Part shown: piece after piece, positions 12,484-25,467 of the stretch | Numbering within the stretch: position 1 is the stretch's first letter | Layout of the letters: each line of letters starts with the position of its first letter | Origin: Lobosporangium transversale | Taxonomy: Eukaryota | Assembly: GCF_002105155.1 (NCBI RefSeq) | Contig: NW_019028979.1 | Coordinates: 248,001 to 312,000 of the forward strand | Direction: 5' to 3' | DNA: 64,000 nt | Made by a program: the position numbers and the translations under genes | Notes under the pieces: model-generated | Databases searched by the model: none | The model's input: the letters and a program-made list of their open reading frames with translations, nothing else | Told to the model about the DNA's origin: nothing

Positions 12484-13828
12484 ATGCTACAAGGTACTCC
12501 ACGTCGAAAGTCGCGGATAGGTCCTGGTCTATTCTTCAGGCGCTCTATAGGGCCGAATGGAGGAGGAGGAATAACACCAACTGAGACAAATAATCTACTC
12601 CGTAATTCTCTACGGCACGATCATTCTTCACAGGACACACTACTGTTCCGACGCTCCCAGCATCAGTATCAACAAGAATTGCTGTCTACATCAGCAGGAG
12701 CAGGAACAGGAGAAGGAACTACCTCCTTGCTCCATTCGGAACCTAATGTCCTTCAGCATCAATCTCATCAGTCAAATACTACATTGACTCAGTCGCGATC
12801 CATTTCTGAAGTCCTGGAGAACCCGATAGATCAGCTCTGTACAGCCGTGGATCAACTTGTAGAGAAGATGGAAGTTGTCGCAGACATCCATGCAGGTCTA
12901 GCCAACTTTAACGAGACTTTTGGAGCATTTCTATATGGTCTCAAGATAAATGCGGGAAATGTGAAGTGGACGGAGGTATGAGGAAACACCTTTTTTTAAG
13001 GGGAAAAAAAAAAAAGGTCAAGAGTCTGATTTTTTTTTTTCCTCCCTCTTTGGCTTCATATCAGGCTCCTACGAAACAATCGTTTGAGCGAATGGAGCAA
13101 CGTGAAGCAGAAGCTATTATGCTTCAGCAGCAGCAAGAAGAGCTGGAACGAATTAGGACACAACAACTTTTAGAGCAAGAGCAGGAACGAGAACGTCAGC
13201 GAATAGAAGCTGAGCGACAGGAGGCTGAGCGGATAAAGGCATCGCTTCCAAGCCTTCATAACGGACGCAATAGGGCTATCCAAAAAATGAATGAACAGGA
13301 CTTGAATCGACAAAGGCGGCCTGTGACAAACGGTCGAGCAACTGCCCCAGCATCCCGGATTCCAGCAAGACCAAAAGCAACGACTCCCGGTGCATCCAGG
13401 GTGGGGAATGGAGGCGCGATCCGGAAGCTTGCCGGGAAAGTAAACATGAAACGTATGATCGAACGATTGCCCCTTCGGTATCGCAATGAGGTATGGATGT
13501 CAACGCTAAATTAATTGGTCGTGACGATGATCCGATGGATTTGCATTTTTTTTTTTTTTTTTTTTTTTTTGGCAAACATGACTAATAAACGTGTCGTAAT
13601 AAATCATATTCATGATAGCCTCATCGCGGATTCATTGAAACCATCATGCGTTCATTGTCAGAGCATATAGAGGGTCAGACCCTACCGGAACTGGTGGCCT
13701 TGACGAACTTGGTACGACATCGATGCAATGAGTATTTAGGTGTGTTAATCCACGCCAAGGAGGTTGTCAGGAATAACCAAAAGGGCGTCGTGTTTTCGTT
13801 AAATCCGGATCGGTATCCAAGCCGATAA
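12484..13828 (+). CDS. DAM1: DASH/Dam1 kinetochore complex subunit Dam1, 3 exons
   Basis: IHAGLANFNETFGAFLYGLKINAGNVKWTE|APT matches the Dam1 core (FNESFASFLYGLxMNAxCVxFxEAP). Introns about 12976-13063 and 13491-13618. Confidence 0.8.
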
Positions 13829-14324
13829 ACTAATCAGACATTCAGTAAGGGTTTATCCTGTTTCAACTGGGACACGTACCACATTCCATTATGTATTTTA
13901 ATCACATCATACGAACTCATTGTTCATGTATACTATGTTCAGTTATTTTAATTACTTGCTATTGTATTTTTATTGGATGTATCTTGTAATAAAAAACTCC
14001 TGGAATCAAAGGGATGAGCGCAGACATCTGAAATACGACCTGTACGGGTTCTGCGTAAGCAAGTAATTATCCTTCACCCTTGCATTACAACTACAAGTTG
14101 TCTAAAAAGTGTGAAGTACGTGAACAGCAAAGCAGTGATGCAAATGCCTGTTGCAATATTCTTTTGAACAAAGGTTTGTCCTTGCATTAGAGTGATCCAT
14201 TATAAACCCCTGTTCTACAAACATTGTCAATCACTTGTTCCTGTGTTCCTGTGTGTCTGTGCTCAGTCCAAACAAATACAATGCTGCTTGTTCATTTCAT
14301 TTCATTCCCAAGAGTCTTCTCATT

Positions 14325-14358
<34 letters not shown>

Positions 14359-14700
14359 GTCTGTCTTGGCTTTTATTATCCTATTTTTAACCTGAAAACC
14401 CTTTCTCTTTAAACACCTATCTATTACTCTAAACACGTTCTATTCCACGCTCATTTTTATCACACACCCTTTCTCTCTCTTTCTCTCACTTTCTCTCTTG
14501 ATTTGCTCTAATTCTGCTGTGTCAAAACATTTTTATGCTCTCGCACGAATACTATCAATCCTTTGACTGAACTTTTCCCTTTGTTTATTTGATTCTAGCT
14601 CTCTTACTCTCACTTCTACTTTCACTGAGCTAGAACCACCTTGCACAACTGAGCAAAGGCTGGTGGAGTGTGTGTGGCAACCAGGATTGGGATCAAGATC

Positions 14701-17700
14701 ATGGCACGACCATGCCATCCAAACTGGACTTGGCGCATTCAGGTCCTTCCTGACTTGCCATTCTTGCTGTTCATTATCAGCCTTCTCCTTCTTCCTCTTT
14801 CTCTTGCTTATCCAGACAATTATGACCACCAACCTTCCCATGTGTCTAATATGGTTACAAGAACTATACTAAAGCCTTCACTTCTACCACAAAAGACATC
14901 ACTGATGTTTGACAATAAACAGGAGAATGAAAAGGGATATAGCTCTTTTTCCACAGAACCAACCACAGCCATATTTGGTCCAGAAATATCACCCCTGTAT
15001 CACCACGAGGACACTTCACGATCTTCATCAGATTTTTCTGTTGAGACAACAACTATCCATGATATACCACGGATAGTAGTCCCAGCACCATCTCGGAGGA
15101 GTGAATTGGTGCAGGATACGATTGACGACGGCTCTTTGAAGGAAAAACTCTTTGATCCGTCGTCACAATTAAGCCCATATCTTACTACTACAGCCCATCT
15201 GCAGGCGCTTCCTGTCAGCAAGGTAGCATCTACAACTTGCGATTCAAATTCGCCACAGACATTAGGGCCTGCATGGTATGGAACATTCTTCAGCAATTCA
15301 CCAGATGGCGTGTATCCATCCCAAACTCGGACATGTACCTGGACTTTGCAAGCCATTACCAATATCACGAATTCAGACGGAAGTGGCAATGGCGAGAGCA
15401 AGGGGAGTGTAGTACCATATGTGATTGCAGTCAACTTTACAACGCCGGTTCAGTTAATCTGCGGGTAAGTCCTTTTTTTATTTTATTTTTTTTAGGAGAA
15501 GATTAAGGAGGAGGAAGAAAGATGACATTTCTCAATGCTCGGAACAAAGGTTAATTGGACAAAAGCCATATTTGTTGCTGTTGCTGCTGTGAACGCATTT
15601 GCAATTATTGGGGAATATTCATTTTTTTATGCTCAATGCATGCTAAAATACCTATACAAACATGCACACCGCTCATTCATACTCAAGGATGGACTATCTG
15701 ACATTTTATGATGGCGCAGATACTACCGCACCGGTGCTGGCTAAACTTTGTGGCAACATTTGGCAGGACAGGTTACCGACCATATACTCTTCGGGTCCAC
15801 AAATGACCGTAGTTTTCTCGTCACGGGAACAAAGTCCTGGGAACCATGGTTTTACAGCTGCCTATCAGTCTGTTGGTAAAGATCATTTGTCATTTGCTCT
15901 TAGCAGACCAGTTTGATGTTTCGACAAAAGCCGAAAAAAGAAAGATGAATAAAGGCAATCGACATTGGAAGATCAGATCTAATGTCTTCTTTTCAAAATA
16001 GCGCCATGCTCAATATGTGTGCCTACATTAAGAGGAACATGCAGTAGTGCTAATACATGCAATTGTTATAGTCAATACAGCGGAGCTGTCTGTGAAGAAG
16101 GTAATACGTCCTAGAATAAAGTCAAGTGCGAGAGTTTAAGCAAATGGCAACAAGAATGTTTTATCTAGAAATTGAATTACTGTATCACTCGTATAATAAA
16201 ATCGAATGATCTTTTTATTTTGGCATTTCTCTTCACTTTATCTTGTTTAGAGACGGCAGGATTCAAGGACTTTACTCCACGCTCACAGCATGCAATGGTC
16301 TACGATGAAACCAAGGACATGGTGTACATTATGGGTGGGACTAGTCTTAACATGCGTTTAATGTGGGATATACTTACCTACAATTTTTGTAAGTTACTTT
16401 GTATCAATAATTTTTTTTTTAAAAAAAAAAAAAATCAACCCATGGTAACAACACGTTGTCTCTGCTATAGCTACCAATAGGTGGAACAGGATTAATGCTT
16501 TGAATAGGGGCCCTGAGGCCCGGTACGGACACTTTGCGTTCATGTATAATGGCGACTTGTATATCTATGGAGGAGTGACAAATGCTGGTAGTCTAGCAGA
16601 TATCTGGAAGTTCAATGGCAAGATCTGGACAAAACAGGAGCCTATCAATCCGGATAAGCTACCTACTGGACGCGCTGGCTCCGCTTGTGTGGTCGTGGCT
16701 AACAATAATTCAACAAAGCTCTATGTCTTTGGGGGCCTGGACTTTGCGGGTGCAACAACTCGCGAGCTGAATGTTTATGACATAGGTAAGTGGGCTATGA
16801 GTGGGCTATAGCTGTTAAGCTTATATCATTAGCTTCTCAATACAGAAATTCCTATAAATTACCCATGTCTTCATATATATATAACTTACATACGTGTTCT
16901 CATTTAGATCTTGCCATGTGGAGAAAGTCGGATCATCAAAACTCGGTTGGGTTATCGGGAGCGACAGCTGTACATCATCAGGCAACGGATTCGATTTATT
17001 ATTTTGGAGGCATGATCAACAATACAACACGCAATGTGATCACATATCAATATCGAATTTCACAAGACTTATGGTATGCTCTTGCTCCTAGAATTGATCC
17101 TCACACTGCGACACCTATCATAAATGAACGCTGGGATGGATCCCGACCAGGTTCTCAGCCTTCGCCCAGTACCAATACAAGTCGTGATGGAAGGAATTCT
17201 GTAAGAAACATAGATGATGGCTCGGATATCGACAGCGATAGACACGAGACAGGCTGGAACAGTACACTTCCTTATTATTTGCCGCCTGTGATGTATGACT
17301 CTGTTAGTACTGTGTGGTCACCTGCAGGACTCATGGGCACGGACCTCGTAGTCATGTATGGCGGCATGCTACCCTACGGTCCAGGCGTAGATAAAGGACA
17401 CCAGTCATGCTTTTCCAGAAGTTTCTCTGTCTATGATCTCTGTAAGACAGCTCTACTTATTTTTCCTCCTCAGTACACTCTTCGCTTGTTTGTGATGTTT
17501 ACTCTTATTTTTATTTATTTTCTTTATATCTGTGATAAAAAAAATGCGCGCAGCTTGCCAAAGATGGACTACGTACGATGTGAGCGACTTGAGTGCTGCA
17601 CTCAAAGGCAGAGTCAACCATACGATGATTATGCGGCCCCCTGGATCAGCGGGTGGTAGTAAAACAGCATGGACAGCATTTATTTTTGGCGGGTTTGGTG

Positions 17701-20700
17701 GTACGGATCATGCAGATATGCTTAACATTACAATGAATATCCCGACTCTTGTTCCCGCTATGATCAATAACTGTCGAGGTAACAACAGTTTTTTTTTTTT
17801 TTTTTTTTTTTTGAACTTTGGAGTTCCAGTCATGAAATACCTCTGTTTAATTTCCTTTCTATCTTTTGTATCTAAAACCTATAGCACTGCGATGGTGCAG
17901 TCTTTATGACGATTGCCAGAATTGCAACCCATCTTACTGCTCATATGTAAATGGTCTTTGTTTATTCGACACGGACAAGACAAAGAATTCCGCTTACCTT
18001 TTGGGGACATCAACTGATATACCAAAATACGGCACGCTTCAGGATTTGATCCGACAACGACCCGAGTTCAAATCACAGGTTTTGACTACTGATATGTGCC
18101 CAACACGCATTCCAATTGACATTGGTAATCCTTACTCAGGCACTATTCAATCTGGCCAGGAAATGACTTTCAAGATATATGTGGATGCACATGATTCAGA
18201 TATTCAGTTTGAATTCCGTACTCTTCCATCATCTGCTCTGGATTTCAAGTCGTTGAATGTATGGGAAGGACACATGAACATGTACTGGCGCGCGGACCAT
18301 GGGCTAACAGATGATACTTACAATAGATCATTTTCTGATACAAGAGTCTCGACACCTCCTGAGCTGCCTCGAGATACCTTTGGATCAAGTCAGGATAACG
18401 GAGCACTGAGTGACGACGAGGATACTAGTACAGTAATCACGAGCATGGGATATTTGAATACCAGCGAGCTAATGGATCGATGGATGAGATATTCAGGTTT
18501 GGACGCAAGCCCATATGCATCTGCAAAGAAGAGCAATCAGTCACTCATCTACTTCCGAGCTATGGATCCGAGGCGGTTCTCTGGATATTATGTCTTTTCA
18601 CTCACGAACCGGAACCCCACTGCTCTGTCATTTTCAGCTTTGATAACACTCAAAAAACATACACCGACTGTTGAAAAGCAAGCAGGAACACCGTTCAATA
18701 TGGCGACATTAGGGTTCTTCACTCTAGGATTTATTGTGGCCGTGATTTTGCTGATATTTTTGGTGCGCAAGGTTCGGCAGTTGATCGAAGATCGAGACTT
18801 AGCTCATCGTGTGGCAGAGATGCAGCTGCTGGAGGATGATGAAGAACACGGCGGGCTCAATAGCGGCACGGCTATGGCTCAGATGGATGGAAGCCTGTTA
18901 AAGAAGCCGATGTATAGAGTTGTTATTGGAGTTCAGGATTGGGGCAAAGATATCCCTCCGATCTCTGGAGCGGCTCTGAAGCGTCGCCATATTCGAAACA
19001 GGAAAAGCTCTGCAGTTGAAACTGGCGGTGATGATAACGTCGTTAAGAAGAAGACTAGCGACCATATGTCACATTCACTTACAGAATTGGTCGCGCCGCA
19101 AGGTGTTATCACCGTTGACGGCGATACCACTAATTTAGAGGTTCAAGATGACTTGATGTTGGAGCCATATCATTATCGCAGAACTCGTGTACGCTCAGAT
19201 TATATCCGAGACATCGGTTCTGCACCTTTGCTACTGCCCCCCAATAAGAATGATGTCATAATAGATATGGACCACTCGATGCTACGCTCCGCTAATTCCG
19301 TCTCGAATCCCCGCCGGGTATCGGCGTCAGCCTCAGTGGCTTTAGATCTGGATCAAGGACTGCCCTCGAACATTTCAACTAAGGAGAAGATGCCTGATAG
19401 AGCAATGGAACAAGATAAGATGCTGGCACAGCAGAACCGGAGTGTATCAATATCATCTAATAGGAAGCGTATTAGCTTACGTGGATCTGAAATAGGATTT
19501 GAGAAAGAGGGTTCTGCCAACTCACAAGTTCTCACTACCACTTCTGCTAACGCCATTACCCAACAAAACAGTGGATCGCAACGCAAATGGTCGTTGAAGC
19601 ACCTAAGCCATGGCGCATCATTCAAACGTAATAATCAAAAACCATCTAAGAACAACGATAGCGATGCAGAAGAACATGAGGGTTTGACAAGCCCGATATT
19701 GATGGAGGAGGAGGAATCTGAAACAGCCCGTCATATCAGCACCAGTAGCAGAAATAGCGATAATGGATGTTATGATAGCGAACAAGAGATGGTTGATCTT
19801 TGTGTGCTTCCATCACATACGGACCTCTTTCAGGTGCGGCAGAGGCTGTTTGAGAAGCTTCAAGTAGAGCAGAAGCAACAAGCAAGAGCCACTGCTACTG
19901 CTTCTGCCGCACAAATACATCGACGCAACCCAGTCAAAGTTCAACCGTTGTCTATAGAGCCTCTACCGTTTCATGCAGGCCTCGTTCCAAGGACGTCGTC
20001 AAATCTTCGACGATATCAACGACATCTAGCACGGCAACAGCGGCAACAGCAGCAGCAACAAGAACAACCATTCAATAAACCTTTAACTGACCCGGGTTTA
20101 ACTCATCATGGCGCTAGAGCATGGAGAGATGAAAACAACGACGATGATAGACCAAGCAGCTCTAAGCCTGCAAAACGACTTAGTAACAATACACTGCGAT
20201 CGTTTGTCAACCTCAGTCGGACAGCTTCTAGAAATCGTTCTATAACCTCGGTGCCATCTTCACAGCGACTATCATCACCTATCAAACAGGTGTATGCATC
20301 GCGTTCACAGGGATCGTTGAAGGAAGTACGCAAAGTTGCGTCTCAAATAACCTTGCGAACCAATGGGGGAATGTTAACTAAGGAAGATGAGGAGAAGAAT
20401 AAAGACAAAGATCCTAGTTTGTCGTCCTTATCATCGCCTGAATTAGATTCTCTGATATCGAAACAGCAAATAGCAACAACTTCACCACGACATGGATGGA
20501 TTAGCAGAGAGTCTGGAGCTGAAGAAAATATGCAGTCTGATATTGAACTACGGCGGCTGTCGGGTATGAAATTTGATAACGATCAACCACAGCTATCTTC
20601 TCAGCAACAAGAACAACAAGCTTCCTTTAAGCCACACAAGCGACAGCAAAAAATCAAGCGGAAAACGATCAGGATGAGAGGTCGACAGGAGTATGAGCCT

Positions 20701-21060
20701 GGTCCAATGTTAGCCATGAACTATATGATCGTGTTCCCAGGCGATGCTGAATCGAGACGAGTACGACAGCAAGGCGACTATTGGAAGACAAAGACGACTT
20801 TGCCTGCAGAAAGAGTGAACTATGAGGCTGATAATGGGAAGGAGAGGAGTAAGGAGGAACATGAGGAGGATTCGCATGACAATGCTCTGTACAATATGGA
20901 GCGGAGGCTACCACCGATGGCGATCGGGACAGTATTTGTGCCAGATCCAGTGCGCTGGTGGGCCTATAAGGCCAAACAGGTGCTGGTTTGCAAAAAATTT
21001 GAGAGGCGGATGAGGCGGATGCATCGGCTCCAGCAGAAGCAGAAGCAAAAGGAGACTTAA
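14701..21060 (+). CDS. Attractin/MEGF8-like type I membrane protein (signal peptide, CUB, EGF, Kelch repeats, PSI-like, TM, long cytoplasmic tail), about 8 exons
   Basis: CUB motifs (YPSQTRTCTWTL, CG|MDYLTFYDG, KLCGN, GFTAAY). EGF exon at about 16002-16100 (CSICVPTLRGTCSSANTCNCYSQYSGAVCE). Kelch motifs (PRSQHAM, YIMGG, ARYGH, YIYGG, YVFGG, YYFGG, RVNH, FIFGGF). Cys-rich WCSLYDDCQNCNPSYCSY. TM helix at about 18700-18765. All junctions checked are GT-AG. Confidence 0.85.
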
Positions 21061-21487
21061 ATCCAGATGATTACAACCTTGCCACTAGGGACCAAGGCGC
21101 GATAACCAAAGAAGCTGCATTTTTTTTTTCTTAATACCACCAAGATCTTCATAGTAATCATCAATCATATATTGTAACGGGAATGATTTCAATGATGAAT
21201 TCGCCGATTTCTTTTTGTATATTAAAGCCTCATTCATTTTTTTTTTTCTTTTCACATGCCAAAACATCAGAACAGATGGATCACCAAGTCGGAAACGATT
21301 TATTAGAAATAAAAAAAAAAAAAAAAAAGGTGACAGACATCTTGACAATAAAAATAAAAAATAAGATTCCTCTCAAATGGTAAATAGATACAAATTGCTT
21401 TTTGCTTCTTTTTTTCTCCCTGCTTTTTTTTTTTTTTTTTTTTTTTTTAATGCTGGCAATGGACATAGAGTCGGAGGTTTGATTCAT

Positions 21488-22408
21488 CTATGGACCAGTG
21501 TACTCTTCTTTATGGCCATGATCCATTGCAATTGCAGTAGATGGTGCAGCGTTTGTTGGATGTGTTCGATATGGGTTATTAAGACTGACGGAGCGGTGAT
21601 GATGTTGATCGTCAGCTCGATGAGGGACGACAGTAGTCTGACCGACATGATCAGCAGTGGAGGTCATTAGTCCTCGAGGGTGACTCTTGATTTGAAACAG
21701 CTCCAGCAACATGATGATCACCCAGAGTCCACCTGCGATACCAGCACAGATCTCAGCGACCCAGAGTTCTACATTTTTTTAAGGTTATTATTAGGTCAGC
21801 ATAGGAAAAAAAAAAACTAACAAACAAATAAATAAACACTAAAAGATGCATGATGACGCTCGGACGACCGCGCCATTGTGTGTAATGCATGCGACACAGA
21901 ATCAGCAAAGTATTTTATTTATGACAACCATTTCTTTTCTAGGGTAGAGAATAAACATACCTTTAAAACTCTTTGTGGCTCTGCAACGGTCAGACTGATC
22001 ACCCAAAAGTTTACATCCTTTATTCAAGCCAATGCCGATCTCGGCTGTGATGGCAAAGGCCAATAGGGCCAACAAAGTGGAGAGGATGAAGAAGAGGAAG
22101 GATAGAGACCGAGGACTGAATTCATCGTTCCGATGAATGACCATGGAGAGATAAAGAATAAAGATTAAGGAAAGGACAGCGATGACTGCACCAGCGATGA
22201 TAGGGAAGAGACAGTATCCATTGTTGTAACTGATGACTTGACCATCATCGGACATATAGAGCACACATCCTTTAGTGAAAGATCGAAATGTGATCTTGCC
22301 ATGGACACCGACGAGGCCCATGATGATCAATGAGAGTAAGAAGATGATGCAGAGACATGTTAGGATTAGAATCTGTCTCACCCGAGCGTTACTGGATGTT
22401 CCAATCAT
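21488..22408 (-). CDS. Four-transmembrane MARVEL-like protein (TMEM179-like), 2 exons
   Basis: Exon 1 is 22408-21961 and exon 2 is 21768-21488, joined in frame as SFK-E-LWVAEICAG. Four hydrophobic helices with two Cys pairs in luminal loops (GCVLY...YCLF; GC...DRC). Confidence 0.75.
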
Positions 22409-22618
22409 GATATGGAAAATAGATATAGATTTTTGGTTTTTTTTTTAATTTGAAAAATATGGTTTTTAGGGTGGGACGGATTAAAGAGATTTGAACATGT
22501 AGAAAGGAAAGAAAAGAGAAGAGAAGAAAAGAAAAGAAAAGAAAGTGGTAGGTTTAAAGAAAGCGCTCTGTAGAGATTAAAAGGAGAATGTGTGTATATG
22601 GATGAGGGTATGAATGTA

Positions 22619-22668
22619 AGAGTGAGAGGATGGAAGAGTGAGAGGATGGAAGAGTGAGAGAGTGGAAG
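22619..22668. repeat. 16-bp tandem repeat x3 (AGAGTGAGAGGATGGA)
   Basis: Read directly; third copy degenerate. Lies in the pyrimidine-rich leader of the tetraspan gene. Confidence 0.75.
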
Positions 22669-24936
22669 ATGAAAAGAGAAAAGAGGATTAATGGGCGAAG
22701 TCTTTAAGACTCGGTAGTTGGGTAAAAGAGATGGTGGGATGGGTATGAGGGGTTTAACAGATTAGAGAACAAGGATGACGAATTTTTTATTTTTTATTTT
22801 TTATTTTATTTTTTTTTTGGCAGTAATGGCTCGTGTCATGTCTCGGATGGATGTGTATTCAAATAAGGCATGTTAAGGAGGATGACAACATTGATAGAAT
22901 AAGATCAAGTCATTGTTAGTCCACCAATCTGAGCTGCATTCCAAAGCGCCCTAAAAGAGTCGAGGCAAGCCGAATCGAGTCGAGGCGCTATGAAGAACGA
23001 GAACGGACGGTGCTATGCCGTTGAACGTCAACATGAACAAAAAAAAAGAAAAAAAAAATGTACCGCCAGCTACTATCGAACCGACGCCATTGACTGGCAG
23101 CCTGTTAGCGATCCAACGGACATAAGAGTACTCTTCGCAGTTTTAGGTTAGGAACAGGATCTTTAGCAGAGGGATTGACTATGCAGAAAGATGTTCAGTC
23201 TGCGGTGACTTTTTTTTTAAATTTAAATTTTTCTTTTTTGTCTTAAAGGGCGTATTAAGTTATGGATGGTACAGTATATGTTTTAGAGATCTCTAGATCC
23301 CCTGAGTTTTTTTTCTGTCTGGTCAGGGCATCGAACCGCGAACTAGTTTCATATCCTTCTGCTCCGCCCATGCTTTTTTTGTAAACATTGGTGCTGATGC
23401 TTTATGTCAGGTATGCCATGTTCTACGGCCAATTTAAATTTCGTCAAGTCCCCAAGCTGATCATAAGGAAAAGTCTGTTGCTAACACGGATGCCGCCCCA
23501 GATGTTCCTGTTCTAAGAAAACCAGTCCCCTAGTCCTCGTTTGTGTATGACCCGGAGAGGGTCCCTTATAAAGTCTATTTCTAATAAATCCTCACGATCT
23601 CGTGGGTCCCAGTTATCAAAAAAAAAAAAAAAAAAAAAACAACAACAACCTTGCTCTTGTTTGTGCACGCGTCGCCGCCTACGAAGGCTTAATGCAACAG
23701 CTTTGGCCTCTAGTCACTGCAAACAACCCATCCTCGTCGTCATTACTATCCTCTGTATCTGTCCGTAATGCGGTCAAGAGCGTTCCACCCCAAAAGTTCC
23801 TACTATGCTTTTTGAAAAATACCGATCCTACAAGGGGCAATGGCATAAATTGATCTATTCACGTGTCTGGTCTCCTTTAATTCCCCATCATCTATTTAAG
23901 TAGTTAGAGCATTATTTATTCTGCCCCCTTTCACTACTGCAATACGGTATCCCTCTTTTCACGTTGTCAGTTTGCAGGTGAACTTTCTCCTCATTCCCGT
24001 ATTATTATCAACCATTATCTAGCAGCAGCAGTATTATTAGCATGTAATACTAAGTCCGACTTTTTTCCTTTCGGGTTACCATTTTGCAGTGCGTCTCTAA
24101 GGGTTGTAATGTTTGCCTTTGTACTTTGTGACCTCGTTCTTGTTCTTGCGTTTTAATCATTGTTCGGAAATAATTGTTTTAAGTGTAGATACACAACAAT
24201 ACAACCTCAACTTGCAGAACTTTGGTAAGGGTTCTACGACTTACAACCGAGAGACTTCCCATGTCAAGGTCTTTGTTATAACATATATATATATATATAT
24301 ATATATAACCCACTCTATGACCAAGAAGTGATGGAGCCTCTCTGGGCTCCACTTGAAACGAATCCTAAAAAGAGATCAAGCGTTTTAGAAAAATATCCAA
24401 TGGTCCTGGGATCTTTGTCGGAATTATAGTTCACGCCCTTGCTGAGAAATATTTAATAAGGATGGATCCTTAATGATTCAATAAACCAGAAGGCATTTCA
24501 GGAGGGAAAAAAAAAAAGGATGACATCCATTGTCCTAGTAAACGCCCATTAAGTCTCGCTCAACATCTTGTGAACCAGGATGCAAAGACTGATTGTAACG
24601 AGCATTATGAGGCAACACGAGTATGACCTGGAAGCTACAGATGTCTCTCTCATAGATCTGTGTAAATATTTTTAAGAATATCGTTAAGATAGAGATGTCG
24701 TCCAGAGCTTTGATAACATCCTAAAAAAAAAAAAAGAAAAAAAAGAAAAAAAAGGGGAGAGTAGGTCATGCATAGGAGTGTGGTGTGTAAGGTAGAAAAC
24801 CTCATTCTGATATCAACGTTACACATGTAGTTTTTTTTTTTTTTTTTTTTTTTTTGGGCTTATTTGGGGTCTCCAAAGAGTGGCGAAGCTGGGCGTGGTA
24901 TTCTTTTATTCCACATGTAGATTTTGTTGGCCTGTA

Positions 24937-24968
<32 letters not shown>

Positions 24969-25196
24969 AAAAAAAAGCTACATGCCAGGGTTCAGTGCTT
25001 ATATGAGACGAGCTATCAAGGAGGCCTGATGTGACAAATTATAAAAAGAAGCTGTTTGTTATTTTGATGCAGCAGAGATATGAAGACATTTGCTCGGGGG
25101 TTGGGTTGTCGAAAGCAATTTCTTCCGACACAAATCAGATGCGCAAGTCATTCATATGCATGCAAAAGGAGGAATAAAAAACCAGTGCGCCCTGCA

Positions 25197-25228
<32 letters not shown>

Positions 25229-25429
25229 GGAATAAAAGGAGTCTTTTTTAGAGATGATAGATAAATGTTACGAAAGCTGCTTTTTTCTTTTTTTTTTAAG
25301 GCTTTAGAGATATACATGTAAATGTATAAATGGAGCAGATGCTTAGAGATTACAGCAAGCCAAGAAAGATAAAGGGTCAAAAAGTTGATCTTTGTTTGCA
25401 TGCGACTGTACAAGTATAAATATGTATGT

Positions 25430-25467
25430 TTATATATTAATGTTATACTTATATATTAATGTTATAC
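25430..25467. repeat. 19-bp direct tandem duplication (TTATATATTAATGTTATAC x2)
   Basis: Read directly. Confidence 0.7.

Noticed and set aside
24325..24356. Short hairpin TGGAGCC-N6-GGCTCCA
   Set aside because: A single 7-bp stem is expected by chance in 64 kb; no ncRNA or transposon context.
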